In this document: positions 47,861-61,700 of the stretch, piece after piece
How the letters are laid out: every line of letters begins with the position of its first letter
Position numbering within the stretch: position 1 is the first letter of the stretch
Assembly: GCA_044892525.1 (NCBI GenBank)
Contig: CM097885.1
Span: 45,136,001-45,200,000, forward strand
Origin: Schmidtea polychroa
Lineage: Eukaryota
DNA: 64,000 nt
Direction of reading: 5' to 3'
Made by a program: the position numbers and the translations under genes
Notes under the pieces: generated by a model
Seen by the model: the letters and a program-made list of their open reading frames with translations, nothing else
What the model was told of the DNA's origin: nothing
The model's database searches: none

Positions 47861-48732
47861 TAACCAATGTTCCCTCTAAGCTGCGCGGCCGCGCAGCTGC
47901 TAAAAATCATTCGCGCACTTGTTTTTTTTTAATTTTTAAAAATATTGTTACAAAATTATTTATATTCCTATACAAAGTATATACAACATATTTAAAAAAA
48001 AATTAGAAAAACATTCAAAATTTTGAAAATAAAACCCCATGAAAAAAAAGTTAGTTACTTTCATCAAACTACCGGCTTTCTTTCATATTTACCATAGCAA
48101 CGGTCGTTTTTTATTTTTGCATTCTTAAATTTCATGGCAATTTATTTTATGCTTTTGTTAGTTATAATATTTTCATTAGTATCTCTGTAACTGTGCAACT
48201 AAGTAAATTCGTGTTTGTTCAACTTAAAAAAAACTAATTTGTTTTATAACTGGAGATTGTGGTAAAATTTAAAGTATTTGCAATGATGAAAATAAGTTAA
48301 TAAATTTCAAATTTCTAGGACAAAAAAAATAAATCCTGAACAAAAATTCAAACAATCTGCTAAATAAAATTATCATATTAATTTTATAGTTATAAATTAT
48401 TCTATATTCAAAAAGAATTATTTCTAAGTTATTTAATTTATAATAATACTATATTTATTATAGATTATATTAATTAATACAAAACTATCAAACATATTGT
48501 CGTTATTTATTCTTTCACTTTGCTCTTGCATGGGTATTTGGAATTAACACCCTTTATCTACCTATACTAGGGTTAGTATTTAGATCTATAGTATAGAAGG
48601 TACGACACATATAATTCCAAATGTAAGTATAAATCACATTTTAACATTTCTTTAATTTTTTTTCATAATTCTTATAATAGCTTATTCTTACATATTAATT
48701 TATTCTAGTTTATCAAACTTCTTACTAGAAAG

Positions 48733-48850
48733 TAGGGCTTGCAATACCGGATCAAATTTTCAAAACCGGTATTTCGGTATATCATTATATTAATACCGGG
48801 ATCCCGGTATTAATACCGGTATTTAAGAAAAACAAAAAAAAGCAAAACTG
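48733..48850 (+). mobile_element. hAT left-end fragment
   Basis: TAGGGCTTGCAATACCGG with repeated AATACCGG motifs, similar to the terminus at 280. Confidence 0.65.
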
Positions 48851-48866
48851 TTACAAAATAATTAAA

Positions 48867-49292
48867 ATGTCGTTTAAAAACATGAAAAAGATAAATCTAC
48901 CCGAAACTTTCACTGACAAATTATTATCCACAATCAAGGAGATGAAAACTGTCAAAGTTCAATTCGGGATAGAATCTGATTTCGAAAAGGATGGAGAATT
49001 CAAATCATCAAAATTTCCTAGCAAAGCTGTGATGGTAACTGAGAACAATTTTGAAAAGTTTATTGCAGATGGTATTGAAAAACTGCACGAAAAAATTCTT
49101 ATCAGATCGGAACTTGGAAGCGAGTGGCGTCTGATTAGAATAATTGATATTAATTTCAAAATAACTAAGATTTCTGAAATATCCAGATTATCCGGAAGAA
49201 ATTATATTCCAACTCCGAAAGCCTTAGTAAATAAAAATAAATGTGATAAATGGAAATTATGTGTTTCGTATATAGTGTGCTGCCCAATTTGA
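48867..49292 (+). mobile_element. Polinton pPolB N-terminal fragment
   Basis: ELGSEWRLIRIIDINFKITK...LSGRNYIPTPKALVNK matches the GSGW...GSSYIxLP region that precedes the Polinton polymerase exonuclease. Confidence 0.65.
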
Positions 49293-50484
49293 AAAAAAGA
49301 TGTCATCATGGTGGATAATACAGATGTTGAAAATTATATACAGTTCTTCCCTGAATTAGTATATAATGATCCATAATTTATTTGATCCATAATTGATTTT
49401 CTCATTGCGCTTCCCAATAGCTCCATGAATTTGTTCTGAATCTTTGACTACAAATAAGAAATACTATATTTATTATCATCCTAATTTTTACTAAATGTTC
49501 ACGTAATATTGGATCGTACTTAGCCAACACATCAACAAGCTCCAGAAAATTTCCTCTATTTTCCATTGAACTGTGTATCTTCTTGATAAACACTTTCACG
49601 ATGACCTCGAAAAGCAAAATTTTGTTTTGATAAGAATCTAATTATATCAAGTATTCTGGTAAGAATTTCCTTTCATTTTTTCATTTCCTTATCAATATTC
49701 TGTAGTTGTAGATTATCCAAAGTTGCACCATGTCTAAGTCTTATTTCTATTTCCTTTCATTGGGGAAATGATTTAATGTGCCCTGGATTCAAATCGTGTT
49801 GACTTATTTTAAGATTTAGTTTCCACCATTTGGTAAAACCATTTTCTGTGTTAAAACTTCATTTACAAAGATCATTAAACAGTTTACAACAAAAACAATA
49901 AATACTTTTCTTCGATGGTGAATACACCATCCATGAACTTAGCCGCTTTTCACCATTAGGTAAATTTTGAAAAAAACAGTCGCGATTAAGTTTTCTTGTA
50001 TCACATTTGGATTTAATAGTATTACTAGGATGTTTTACTCCTTCACTGAAATTGGCATCTAAATTTTGAATTGCAAACGAATATTGACATACCAGGAATA
50101 CTCTTGTATTGTTGTCAATCTTGTTAGGCCATAATCTTACATCTTTCATAGAAATAGACGGAATAATTTGTGAAGCAGACTTTATCAGAACTTGATGAAC
50201 TTTTCTTCACCAGTATATCTTTTTGCTTCAACAACATCGGAAGAAGTTTTCTCGCTTTCGAGGACTACTACTTTGCCAGTACTTGAAGCAACAATATTAA
50301 AAGAACTAGAAGTTGATTCACTTTATTTTTATTTTGTATTTCCTCCCTTGTCTTCTTTTTTTTCTAAATGAAGCTCCGCTTTTTTTATTCGTTTCATCTT
50401 ACGGATATGTTAAAAAATAAATTACAGAAATAAAACGTATAATTTGTATTTTATTATAAGATAACGCCAATCAAGCATTCTTTT

Positions 50485-50520
50485 CATGATATATTTCGAC
50501 AGTTTTCCTATCATCAGATG
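50485..50520 (-). ncRNA. Second copy of the 8573-type hammerhead, with a damaged stem II
   Basis: CAU-CUGAUGA-UAG(GAAAA)CUGUC-GAA-AUAUAU-C-AUG. It lies in a roughly 200-bp repeat shared with 8540-8720; 3 nt are missing from stem II. Confidence 0.7.
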
Positions 50521-53500
50521 GGATATAATAACTGTATAAATTAATGATTTTAGACAAATTTATTAATTATATAAAAAAAATATTTATTTTATAAAAACAT
50601 TTAATTATTTTTTAAAAATTATAATTAAATTAATATATTATTTTTAAAATTTTAGCATTCAGAATTTAATTTAATAATTAAAAAATTTTATTAATTATTT
50701 AAATTAACATAACAATCAATACATAAATATACAATAAAAATTATTTAAAAACATTTAAAATACAAGTATTTACTGCATTCTCCACATTAATTTTCAATGA
50801 CTTTATCAACAACGCCTCACAAATCACATATTCCCAACAATTATCGAAATTTTTTAATAAAATTTTAAAATCAGACAATTTGTATTTTAAATAGTATAAT
50901 TTTTTCAAAATTATTTATGAATTTTGTGACGTTTATTAATGGAGAAATTTGAATATAATGGTTAAATTTCAACGATTATTTATATTACTAGTTGTAATAT
51001 TATTTAAGTTTTATTTATCTAATTCTATATTTTATATTTTCGGTGGCATGCACATGCAGTCGTCGTTTACATTCTAAATATAATTTTTAATTTTATAAAA
51101 TACTTGTAAAACTGTTATAGACTCAGTTATTAATGCTANNNNNNNNNNNNNNNNNNNNNNNNNNNNNNNNNNNNNNNNNNNNNNNNNNNNNNNNNNNNNN
51201 NNNNNNNNNNNNNNNNNNNNNNNNNNNNNNNNNNNNNNNNNNNNNNNNNNNNNNNNNNNNNNNNNNNNNNNNNNNNNNNNNNNNNNNNNNNNNNNNNNNN
51301 NNNNNNNNNNNNNNNNNNNNNNNNNNNNNNNNNNNNNNNNNNNNNNNNNNNNNNNNNNNNNNNNNNNNNNNNNNNNNNNNNNNNNNNNNNNNNNCAATTC
51401 ATAAATATTGTAATTAAAATGAATGTAATAAAACAAAATAATAAAAAAAGATTGAGCAATTTATATTATGTTTAAATATTAGACGTCGAACCAAATGCTT
51501 GTTGATGGTACCTCATGAGAGCCATTACCTCGAGCCTCTAATTTGTGTTGATTTTCCATATGATATTTTAGTCGAAATGGAATTTCTCACATGTCCCTTG
51601 ATTTATATTTATATTGGCGGGATGGTTAGCATGTAGGGATTGTCTTTCTTTAATCATCCGCATTCGTAGAGAATCTTCTCCTAATCTTCCTGCCTATTTC
51701 GGTGACGTAGCATTAGTTGATGTCACCTGGGAAATATCCTCCTTGAATCGTGACTCAATGTTATCGACGTAGTATTTATTAATAGTGGAAATATTTTATA
51801 TAATTTTACATGTTCTTCGAGATGAACCCTCCTTTTTCAATCCTTTAGGGTTTCTTGTCTTTTCTCAATTGTTATTTTTCTTATTTTACTTAAGATAATT
51901 ATAATATTGAAATTAAAGAAAGGTTCCAGATATAATAATTGCAACGAATTAAAAGACTTAACAGAAATCTCCACCGTATATATTGTTTTCCGAGTCTAAT
52001 ATATTATTAACCATATTTTAAAATATATTACCAATTATGTTTTGGTGTTAGACAGCAGTAGGTGTTTGGTAAGTTCGGAAGTAAATTTTTTTCTCTGAAA
52101 TATTTTTCGACTAACTTATCATTCCCGTCACTTTTATCAAAAATGCCGTTAGTCATAATCCTAACATAGAAATTAAAATTTGTCTGACAATAGTAAAATA
52201 AATGGGGTTACCATTGGTGATGTGTTATCATGAAATCTGCTGCGTTCGTCTATTCATTGCCTGTTTACGTCAATAGGTATGTATGTTACTGCATCGAGCT
52301 TACCGTGGGATGATCTTTATTCGACATTTACTGTCGAGCTTTGTTTTAATCTAATTCTCAGTGCCTACTGATTACTCGGGGAATCCCCTTCCCAGTGGTA
52401 TGCCTATTGATTTCCACACCAACGTGCCACGACACACTTATGTATGGAGAATTTCTCTTCCTGTTCTGCCATGCGATTGGAAATCTTTGACGTGGAAATT
52501 TTGTCGATCCATTCTAGTAATTGTTTGCTCTAGGATTGTTCTATCACTTGAATGGTGGTTTTCTAACCGTTTTGAATTATCACAGTGATTTAGCAAAGTT
52601 AAATGAAAATTTATATTTTTAATTAAAAAAAAATTTATTTATTATTTTAAAATGTATTTATAGTATATAGAAATATATATCCAAATATTAACGAATTAAA
52701 TTGACTGAAAAAAGTTAATATTCAGCAAAATTCATTAAATCATAAACTCACAAATTCTAAATTACATGAATATTTAAACAATTTTTCTTTTATTCCTAAT
52801 CGGTTCTTCGGTTTTATTTCTTCATCCTATTGTAACCCGAGATGTTGAAGAAGATCAAGAGTCGCATGGAAATTTGTGTGCGCACACTGGCAGTGATTGG
52901 CAATGCTGTTGGTTAAATTATCTAAAAATTTTTTTGGATATTTTCCTTATGGATTTTTTTTAATTAATTCTCGTGATAAGGAAAAAAGGGGTAAATAAAT
53001 AAATTTGCTGATATAGATAAGTTTTAAATACGAAATATATTAACTTTATCAAATGTTTTCTTCTATTTCTCCGTTAATTACGGTCATAATTTACGGTGAT
53101 AATTACCACTACGTGCCCCCTTTTAATATCCTCATCGTTACTGATCAGATGTCAGCTAAATTTCTAGTTTGAGGATTATGTACTAGTAAAAGTAGTATTG
53201 TGATGAACTATATTAGAATCAGTTGCAACATTTCTATCAGCGTCACTGGTAAACTCAGTTCTACAAATAGAAGGTGTGTTAGATTATTAACAATGCTGTC
53301 TAGTAGTGGAATTTTCATTTGGACTTTAATAATGTTTCCATTCTCTTTCATATTTTCGTATTTATGAATTAATAAGCAAGTTTATATATTTTTTTATAAT
53401 AAAAGGTTTTCTGGAGCGTTTGTGACATTATTTTAAGCTATTTCATTGAAAGTTAAAACCTTTAAACCTACCTTAACAAGAGTACCTTTGCGTTATTCTT

Positions 53501-53551
53501 ATTCAACCGAACAATGTACAAAATAATGCGGCCGAATATTAATAATTTACC

Positions 53552-53554
<3 letters not shown>

Positions 53555-53642
<88 letters not shown>
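53555..53642. repeat. (TA)n microsatellite
   Basis: Directly visible and abuts the LTR end at 53643; another tract lies at 62521-62558. Confidence 0.95.
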
Positions 53643-53645
<3 letters not shown>

Positions 53646-54712
53646 TGGGTTTTGGATTATTTCAAGTCGGTTCTCTCTGACTCCTGTGGTCTTTAAATCA
53701 AAACAATGAACGACCCAACGTATATTGAAACAACAGGTTCACAATTTATTATCACGCTACAATTACCAATCAAAGTTTGATACGATTCTCCGCTCGGCGT
53801 TGATGCTTTGCAAACAAATAATATTCACCTTTTAGTCCTTTAGACTCTCTCGATTCACGTTTTCCTCGGTTTCTGTTTGGTTTGATTCCTTTTCACCTTT
53901 CCGTATTCTTAATTCTATTTCTTCTTTTCCCTACTTTCCCTAATTCGTCTACCAACTTTTCCTACAGTCTAATTCTTCGAACCCTAGCTGAGGCAAAATG
54001 CCGATTTTCTCTGATTTTTCCTTTGCTTATATACTCCTCGAAATCAGGATGACAAATGGTTATTGCCGAGCCAATCTTTCGTTTGACATTTTCTCCTACG
54101 TGTTTGCTTCGGCTGTCATCCATAATGGTCCAACGAATCCAGATAATTAATGGCCCTACCGGTCTTCCTACGCGCGCTATCTTCTCCTTACTCTTTTCCC
54201 ATTAATCATTGTGTCAAGCTAATGGGCCCAAATCTTCCTTTTGTTTGCCTTTCTTCTTGTTTACCCAGCTCGGGTTTCCTTTATCTCTCGGGTTCTCCAT
54301 TGGCTCGGGTTTCCCATTAGCTCGGGTTTTCCATTAGCCAATTAATTAATTAATTAACGTTTTCTGTTTTCATACATTTGAATGTTTTTCGACCCTTCCT
54401 AACCATTTTCTGATAAATCTCTAGCCATCATCTTGTTGACCATTAGCTAATCTATACCTGTCCCGTTTTCCCATTCGATTTCGATGATTTTTCCATTTAT
54501 TGATTTTTATCGGATTTCCGGATTCTCGCCTTTCGTAATTGCTTTTGGCATTTTCTAACACTGTTTCCATCACACTTTCCTTTACTATTGATTCTGTGCG
54601 CAATCCCGCTTTTATTTGTCTTTTTTCTTCGCTTACTTTCTATTTGAATTATTAACCTAAATTTCATTTAAATTTATTTTAATTTACGGACCTCAACATA
54701 TCTCCCCCTTAA
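53643..54712 (-). mobile_element. 3' LTR (53643-54698) and PPT of a second, diverged family-A element
   Basis: Minus strand reads TTTCGAGGACGAAAAAAATTTTTAAGGGGGAGATA-TGTTGAGG, nearly the same junction as 33678-33719. It has the same CCCGAG array and an AAAACCCAGCA end. Confidence 0.88.
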
Positions 54713-56385
54713 AAATTTTTTTCGTCCTCGAAATCCAATGTTTTGCTGTGATTATGTCCTTGGACGTAATTTTAGATACATTTAAATATTATTAGATTGT
54801 ACTTTATACTTTTCTAGATATTTTTAGGAAGAAATCTTTTACTTATTTAACGAAAATTGAATTTCTATAAATCTAAATATTGATTTATTATTCCATTAAA
54901 ATAGACATCAATATTTGACAAATCTTTACAAAACTGTTTATGAGATACTTTTTGTGACTTTCTTTTTTAAAAATGAACTGCTTTATTAAAAATAGTTCAG
55001 GAAATGACTCCTTAATTTTGTTGTCTTAAAAAAAATTATAAGAAATTCTGAAGTAGCTACTGTATATGTTCTTGTATTTTCTCCAGTAATTACCATATAA
55101 TGGAGGTTGCTTATTTGCTAACTAACTTCCATTGAACATCCTAATTCAATCAATATGATGCGCATAATTATAATTGGTTAAAAACGCTATTCAATTAAAT
55201 ATGCACTTTCGATCACACAAATGCTTCCTAGGATTAATTAAAATGTATTACTATAATACTTTGCCCTAAACGCTCTGGATTTCATTTTGCCATTGAATCT
55301 CCTTAGAATTTACTAAATGCTACTGAGTGTTAATTATCCCATGAAAATTTCTCCGTTTACTATTTTATTAAAATGACTTGTAAATAATTAAAATTTATAA
55401 TTGAATAATTAAAAATTTAAACTATAAATTTCAAAATATATATTCATTCGTTTTTATTTTTAAATTGTATTATGAGGATTTTTCAATATTATTTTATCTA
55501 AATAATTAATTAGTTTACTCCAAAAAGCAACGATAAAAATAATTAATATTCATTTTTGCCTGCCAAAAAAAATTAATGGGAAATTCGAATACCAGATTGT
55601 GTTATGAAGGCTACAGTTTCCATCCGAACATAACATGAAGGCATGATAAACATAAAGTACAGAGGCCGTCACATTCTAATACGATTCCTTTTTTTTTAAA
55701 AGCCTATTCATTAAAACCCCCAATAAAGATAAAAATTAAAAGAAATTGGTCGCAATTTTCAGATGCGTTTACGTTGCGTGTATGTATTCTGGGACAGGGA
55801 GAACACTGCCCAGACTGAATTGCGATAACCGAAACTCGGTGAAAGCTACACAGTAGCGATTGCAACTAGTTGACATAATTGGATTGGGTTTCAAACGAAA
55901 GATTGACGTGTGTGTCTCTAGTTCATAATTTTTTTTACTTTTAACATACAGTGAAAAGTTGCTGACAAATATTGGGAAGTAAATGAACACACATCCTCAA
56001 CAAATCGCAGATATACTAATAGATCGTAATGAAATTATTTTTATTTGAGAATGACAAATATTGGGAAGAAANNNNNNNNNNNNNNNNNNNNNNNNNNNNN
56101 NNNNNNNNNNNNNNNNNNNNNNNNNNNNNNNNNNNNNNNNNNNNNNNNNNNNNNNNNNNNNNNNNNNNNNNNNNNNNNNNNNNNNNNNNNNNNNNNNNNN
56201 NNNNNNNNNNNNNNNNNNNNNNNNNNNNNNNNNNNNGGTCTAATACCAATGTAGGGAACAAGGATCTTGCTTTCTTCATATAGTTCTTCCATTTTCATTA
56301 TCGGGATAAAATATGTACATTTTTCATTTTGTTTTCCATTGTATTTATAATTAAACTAACATATAGGTTTTCAGTTATTAGGGTT

Positions 56386-57234
56386 TGTTGTAGAGTTCGT
56401 TGGTTAATATTTGTTGGTTTATATTTAAGTATTTAATGTATGATCGTGTTGTGTTTTGGAAATTTGAAGAGCCCAGCCGAGTCTCCAGTAAATAAACTGT
56501 CTCGGGACAGCTGGGATGAATGTGTGTAGGGTGAATGATAAATATCTATAAAAAAAACAAACGATAACAATTTTACAATTTAAAAATTTTATTTACAGAA
56601 CAATAAAAGAAAAACCTTGTTTATTTCTTCGGTATTTGACTTACGGTATTCTTCGTTCGATTTCGACTTTTTCATACACGAAAGGAATAGACTTCGGTAT
56701 TTATCGAGTATATGATCTACTTCATTTATTAAGTTTCGTCAAAATTAGTTATATATGAATTCGAAAAATTCGTTTACAAATAATGGTTCTGAAGTAGAAT
56801 TACCGAAAGGAATAGACTTCGTTATTTATCTAGTATATGATCTACTTCCTTCTTTATTGAGTTTTGTCAAAATTCGTTATTTATGAATTCGAAAAATTCG
56901 TTTACAGATAATGCTTCTGAAGTAGAATTACCGAAAGGAATAGATTTTGTTATTATTCGGATATTTGATTTACGTTTTCCTGATTTCAGGTTTTGGATAG
57001 AATCTTATTTAGTTTAATTTTCTTAGTGCTATAACTTTTTAAAATTAATTTTTTATCAATTTTTTATTTTATTCAATTTTCTATAGCGATAACTTACCTT
57101 GGTAAATTATCGCTCTATAGTTTTTGATTAAAAAAAATAAATAAAAAACAAATTCTTCTCCACGTGCAACGTGTGAGATTGTAGTTTACATTTAACCAAT
57201 ATAACCAACAAAATAAAAAAAGTAAGATATTACA
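56386..57234. mobile_element. Family-B solo LTR
   Basis: TGTTG...ATTACA ends; TSD GGGTT/CGGTT (4 of 5 match); hairpin 56472-56515; internal tandem repeat of 125-128 bp period at about 56679-56945. Confidence 0.75.
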
Positions 57235-57249
57235 CGGTTCATCATCAGA

Positions 57250-57800
57250 TCCGGAATTCTTTCCTGGTCGCGATCTTGAAATCACTACAACCAAAATTGG
57301 ACGGCTATTCCGACTTGCGTTTGAGAATTCTGTTATTTTTGTTGTTTCTTTCTGTCATTTGCCACCACTATATTTATCATGCTGTTATTCGTTTAATTGG
57401 ACCATGTCCGCTCCAAGCTGCGACAAATGCACTCTTCGGACGGCAGTCTGGAACCCAAATAAGAAGTACATGAGGGAGTAGTAGTAACATAGGTGCTCAC
57501 CTGCCTCTTGTCCTCCACCGACTATGCACGGAACCAACGTGAAACACGTCACGGGTGCTTAGTCGTAAATCAACAGTCATGTGGATTGTTGAGGAACTCA
57601 ATCCTTAGCGTTTGGTTGAATCTTTTTAACCTTATCGATGAAGAAATGAATGTATTACTCTACTCGGAATTTTTGTTGTTTTAATTGGTATAATTTTCTC
57701 CCCACTCGTCCAACAGATCTTGCTACTATTATGCTGCTAGTTTGTCAATCTCGAGGATGCAATGCACAAATGGGAGCGGTGCAATTTACCTACGAAAAAG
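57250..57800 (-). mobile_element. Decayed gypsy-type integrase fragment
   Basis: Minus-strand remnants KRFNQTLRIEFLNNPHD (ERFNxTL motif) and VLLIWVP...AWSGHGPIKRI (C-terminal GPY-like region). Confidence 0.55.
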
Positions 57801-60800
57801 GGTAGTTTAGTCTTTTGTTCGTGACGGTTATGAAATGTTCGGTGACTTTTGTTGGGTTAAAATCAAAATAAGTTTCTTGTTTTAACAGGCAAAATAGGTA
57901 AACAGACAACTAAGACGATCTATATAACATATAAACCGCATAAAGAATTTTAAAACATTAAATAAAACAAAAGTAAAGATAAATTAAACAAAAATAATAA
58001 AATTAGAAAATGCAAGCAGTTGCACACAAATCACATTTTAAAAGCACAAAAATGAGATAAGAGTGATATGAGAGGCCGATCATTCGATCAATCAGAAAGA
58101 AAAGAAAAAGGAAACAAATTTAAAATATCAAAGAATTAAAACAAAAAATAAAATTGATTTATCAGATTGATTGGAATCTGAAATGAAAATAACAAAAATA
58201 AAAACGTTCAAAAATATACATGGTCTATTCTTATTGGTCGAATGCATTCAAAAAATATATAAGGCTCAGTCTATGGACACTTTACCACTATTTTTAAATC
58301 TAAATTTCTACTGTAATTTTCGTTAACTAGTTTTGATCGCTATTTTTACTTAACTCCAATTTATTCAAATCGTTCATTTGTTACTTTGGAAAATTTTCAG
58401 GATTTTAAATCGCACTGTTAGGAATTTTATTCTTTGTTTATATGAACTGATACATTTTTTGGTATATTAAGTTTCATTAAAATTCTGTTAACAAATGTTT
58501 TTCGCTCTCCCTATTTAATTTATAATCAATTTATTATTTATTATTTTACTCATTTTATGGCCAAACAGGTAACATTTTATACTTATAACGTTTGTATACT
58601 TGTGTTGATCAGGAATCTTTTTCTATCAGCGAGTCAGGGAAAAATTCATGTCTCCCTATCTCGCTGATAGGAGAACGTTTAGATCCTGCAGTAGATTATC
58701 GTGCCAGAGTTTTCTCTATAGAAATTACGCGTGATCACTCCGATACTTATATTTAATTTATTGTTTTGTTACCACAAAACCCTTCCGGTGTAAACCAACC
58801 AACAACTGATATCATAGTCTATAGCATGAAATAAGTCATAATGAATAGCATTTGTTGGCGCTTAAGGGTGAGTGATTGACTGGCGCTTTCCTTAAGTCAA
58901 TTTTTATTCTCTCGTTTATGCTTTATCTTTTATCATTATCTCTAATCTTAGGTTCACTATTTCTGTTGTCTTTACTTTACTCGTTGTGCACTTTTATAAA
59001 CGTTTATTTCCCCAGCATGCCTCTTTTTACTACTCCGGGTTTTCCCCACTCTCCTGACTCCGAATGCGAAACACTTGCACTGGTCGATCTCCGATAGTGT
59101 GGTGATCAGTCACAGGCAAAAATGTTACAGTATATTTCATCAGGACAGTTGGTAATTCCCTGGGCCTTATCTACACTACGCACTAAGCTCATGGGTCGTG
59201 GATTTGTCAAACAAGAAAGCAGAAATAACGAAAAGAATTGGAAAATCTTTGCCCTATTTATTTGCTCTCAGTTTTCGTTATATCCTTATTCTCATTTTTA
59301 CATCGTGCTCTTAATCTACTTATCTCGATTACTATTAGTTACTCTTTACTCCAAATATATCCGCATTTCTCGCTTGGTTAATGTTATATTGCTAATGCTT
59401 TTACTCTCACTGCTTCAGTTCGCTTATTTCTCGTTAATATCCTCACTATATGCTCATGCAGATCACTCTCTCTTCACTCATTAGTATTTGTTCACCCATT
59501 TTATTCGTTAATGGTTTATTTACTAAATATCCCTTCTTAATATATCATGCTTCCGTATTTGTATTTTTTTCCTAACTTTGATTCTTTATGTTATCTCTCA
59601 CTGATTTCCCCCGTTACAATGTTTTCTCATTTCGTATATCTTTACGTTTTCATAATTTATTCGTTGTTTTTCTGTTGATGGGTCTCTTTGTTCAAATTCT
59701 TGTATATTATGTTTTTAACTTATTTCCGCATCTGTATGCTAGTTAACTTTGGGTCGTTACTTTGGTCGTTCATTTATTTGTTCATTTTTTCATATTATTG
59801 TTTATCTACATATGCATGTACATATACACACATATATACTTTTATATAGCCATGTACTTTTTACGTTTATATTTTACATTATATATAGTCATAACCCTTT
59901 CTATTTAAATGGGTTCGGAGGTAGTTGTGCTTTCCAGATCTCCTTTCCACTGCCCTTTTTTATGTTCTCTACTCTTTTTAGGTTTCTTTCATTTATTGTA
60001 TTTTCCCCAAGTCTGGTTCCAATTGTTTCCCATTTTCTATGATATCGCTGATGTTTGCTTATTTTTATAGTCCATTTCAGTTATTAGTATGAGAATTATA
60101 CATATAGCTGTGCTGTATATTCATATTACTTTGGCTAACCTTGAGCTTCCTAGTTTTCTTTCGTTGTATCATTATGTCGATATCTACCGATATCTGGTGT
60201 CTTGTGTATTTATCTTATTTCTGAATTCGTTTTGTTAAACAACTTTTAGAATTCCTTTCTCTGGTGTCTGTAATGTTAGTCTGTTTTGCAAAGTCATCCA
60301 GTAAATTTTAGCTTAGTTCTTGTGCCTCACGGGGATTTTTATTTCGATTTATTTCTGCTCCATTTTCAATGAATTATTCACGATTGTCCTTAGTTTAGAT
60401 TTATTTTTCGAGTTCCAAGCAAGTGTTATCCCTTCATTTGTCTTGCAGATAAGTTTAGTTCTTGCTTTCGTTAATTTACTGGACACTTGTTTATTCTGTG
60501 TGTTTATAATTTTATCCTAATGTTTCGATGTCTTTACTTTCTTTTTACTTTCCACAGATTTTGTTGCTTTGCTCTATCTCGTCTGGTCTACTCATCTCTT
60601 GATGTATTCCTTTATGCAGTACTCTATTTATTCAGAAAAATGAGAAAGTACTATCCTTTCCACAATGTTAATGGTCTTGGATTAACATTTGCAGAGGCTA
60701 AACTTTAATGGACCGTTCGATTAACTCTGTTAAAGACATGATTATCATTCGCTTTATTTATTATTTGGTGCTTTATTATCTGTCGAGTTTTACCATATTT

Positions 60801-60985
60801 ATATTTGGATGTTTATTCAATCGTTTTTATTATTCAGCCCAAGTGATAAGAGTGTGAACAACCATGAAGTGGATCTTTAAGAAAATAAGTGATATTAATT
60901 TAAAATTAAATTTTTATTATCCTGAAAATTAAATTCAACACAAAATTTTGGTAAAGTATATAGATGGCTAAAATTTAAAAGTAAT

Positions 60986-61700
60986 TGTTAAGTTAATAAT
61001 TACACTTAGTTTGTGTATAATTTGTATAGTTTGTTTAGGAAATCTGAAGGACCCGATAGAGTCACCGTTAAAAATGTGGCGGGACAATCGGGTGCGTGTT
61101 GTGTATGTTAGCAAGTTAATAACAAATAAAATAAAAATAATAAACAATAATAGATATCGAACATAAACTTTTATTCAAGTAAAAATTGTAAAAACCTTGT
61201 AAAGCAACGCAAATCCTTAACTTGTCCTTAAGATTTGACACTAGCTTTATCTTTGAGTTGGAATATAGTTTTGGTTAACTAATTGGATCTGTAACTTTAT
61301 TTTTAGCTTTGAATTGTTTTCCAGAATTTTTTGATTCGTAATTGGAGCTCGAAATTTTATCTTTACTGGGGTAATTGGATTAACTAATTGGATCTGTAAC
61401 TTTATTTTTAGCTTTGAATTGTTTTCCAGAATTTTTTGATTCGTAATCGGAGTTTGAGATTTTATCTTTTATTTTCTGTTTCACAAATTTGATTTCTCGA
61501 TAAAGTCCTATTTCATACTATTTATTTTGTGTTTGATTTTTTTGAATTTTTGTCGATATTTGTAGCGATAATTTACTATGGTAAATTATCGCTTTATAAT
61601 ATTTATTATTCTTTGGGCATTGCGACCTACACTCCATAAAATAACAAGGCGTCGCAAAACCTTGTTTAAAAATAAATAAAATATATAACTGTACATTACA
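60986..61700. mobile_element. Family-B solo LTR (715 bp)
   Basis: TGTT...ATTACA ends with 5-bp TSD GTAAT (60981-60985, 61701-61705); hairpin 61052-61092; 105-bp-period duplication at 61275/61380; AGCGATAA...TTATCGCT palindrome shared with 57085. Confidence 0.85.

Larger units (their letters stand above)
47865..50400 (-). mobile_element. Fragmented hAT element (TTF zinc finger / DUF4371-like pieces) interrupting the Polinton
   Basis: Terminus CAATGTTCCCTCTAAG at 47865. Fragments WMVYSPSKKSIYCFCCKLF (49859-50149) and GNFLELVDVLAKYDPILREHL (49402-49617). Linking the terminus to these fragments is an inference. Confidence 0.65.

Noticed and set aside
56461-56520. Family-B hairpin preceded by UUGAAGA/CUGAAGG considered as a hammerhead
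   Set aside because: No GAAA follows the stem, and the core is not conserved among the three copies.
57235-57255. CUGAUGA on the minus strand; removing the solo LTR brings a GAAA 16 nt downstream, resembling an interrupted hammerhead
   Set aside because: The reconstructed stem II and stem I do not base-pair.
58876-60708. Several hydrophobic F/L/I-rich ORFs
   Set aside because: Expected from T-rich strand bias; the region is more likely the antisense of a decayed retroelement interior.
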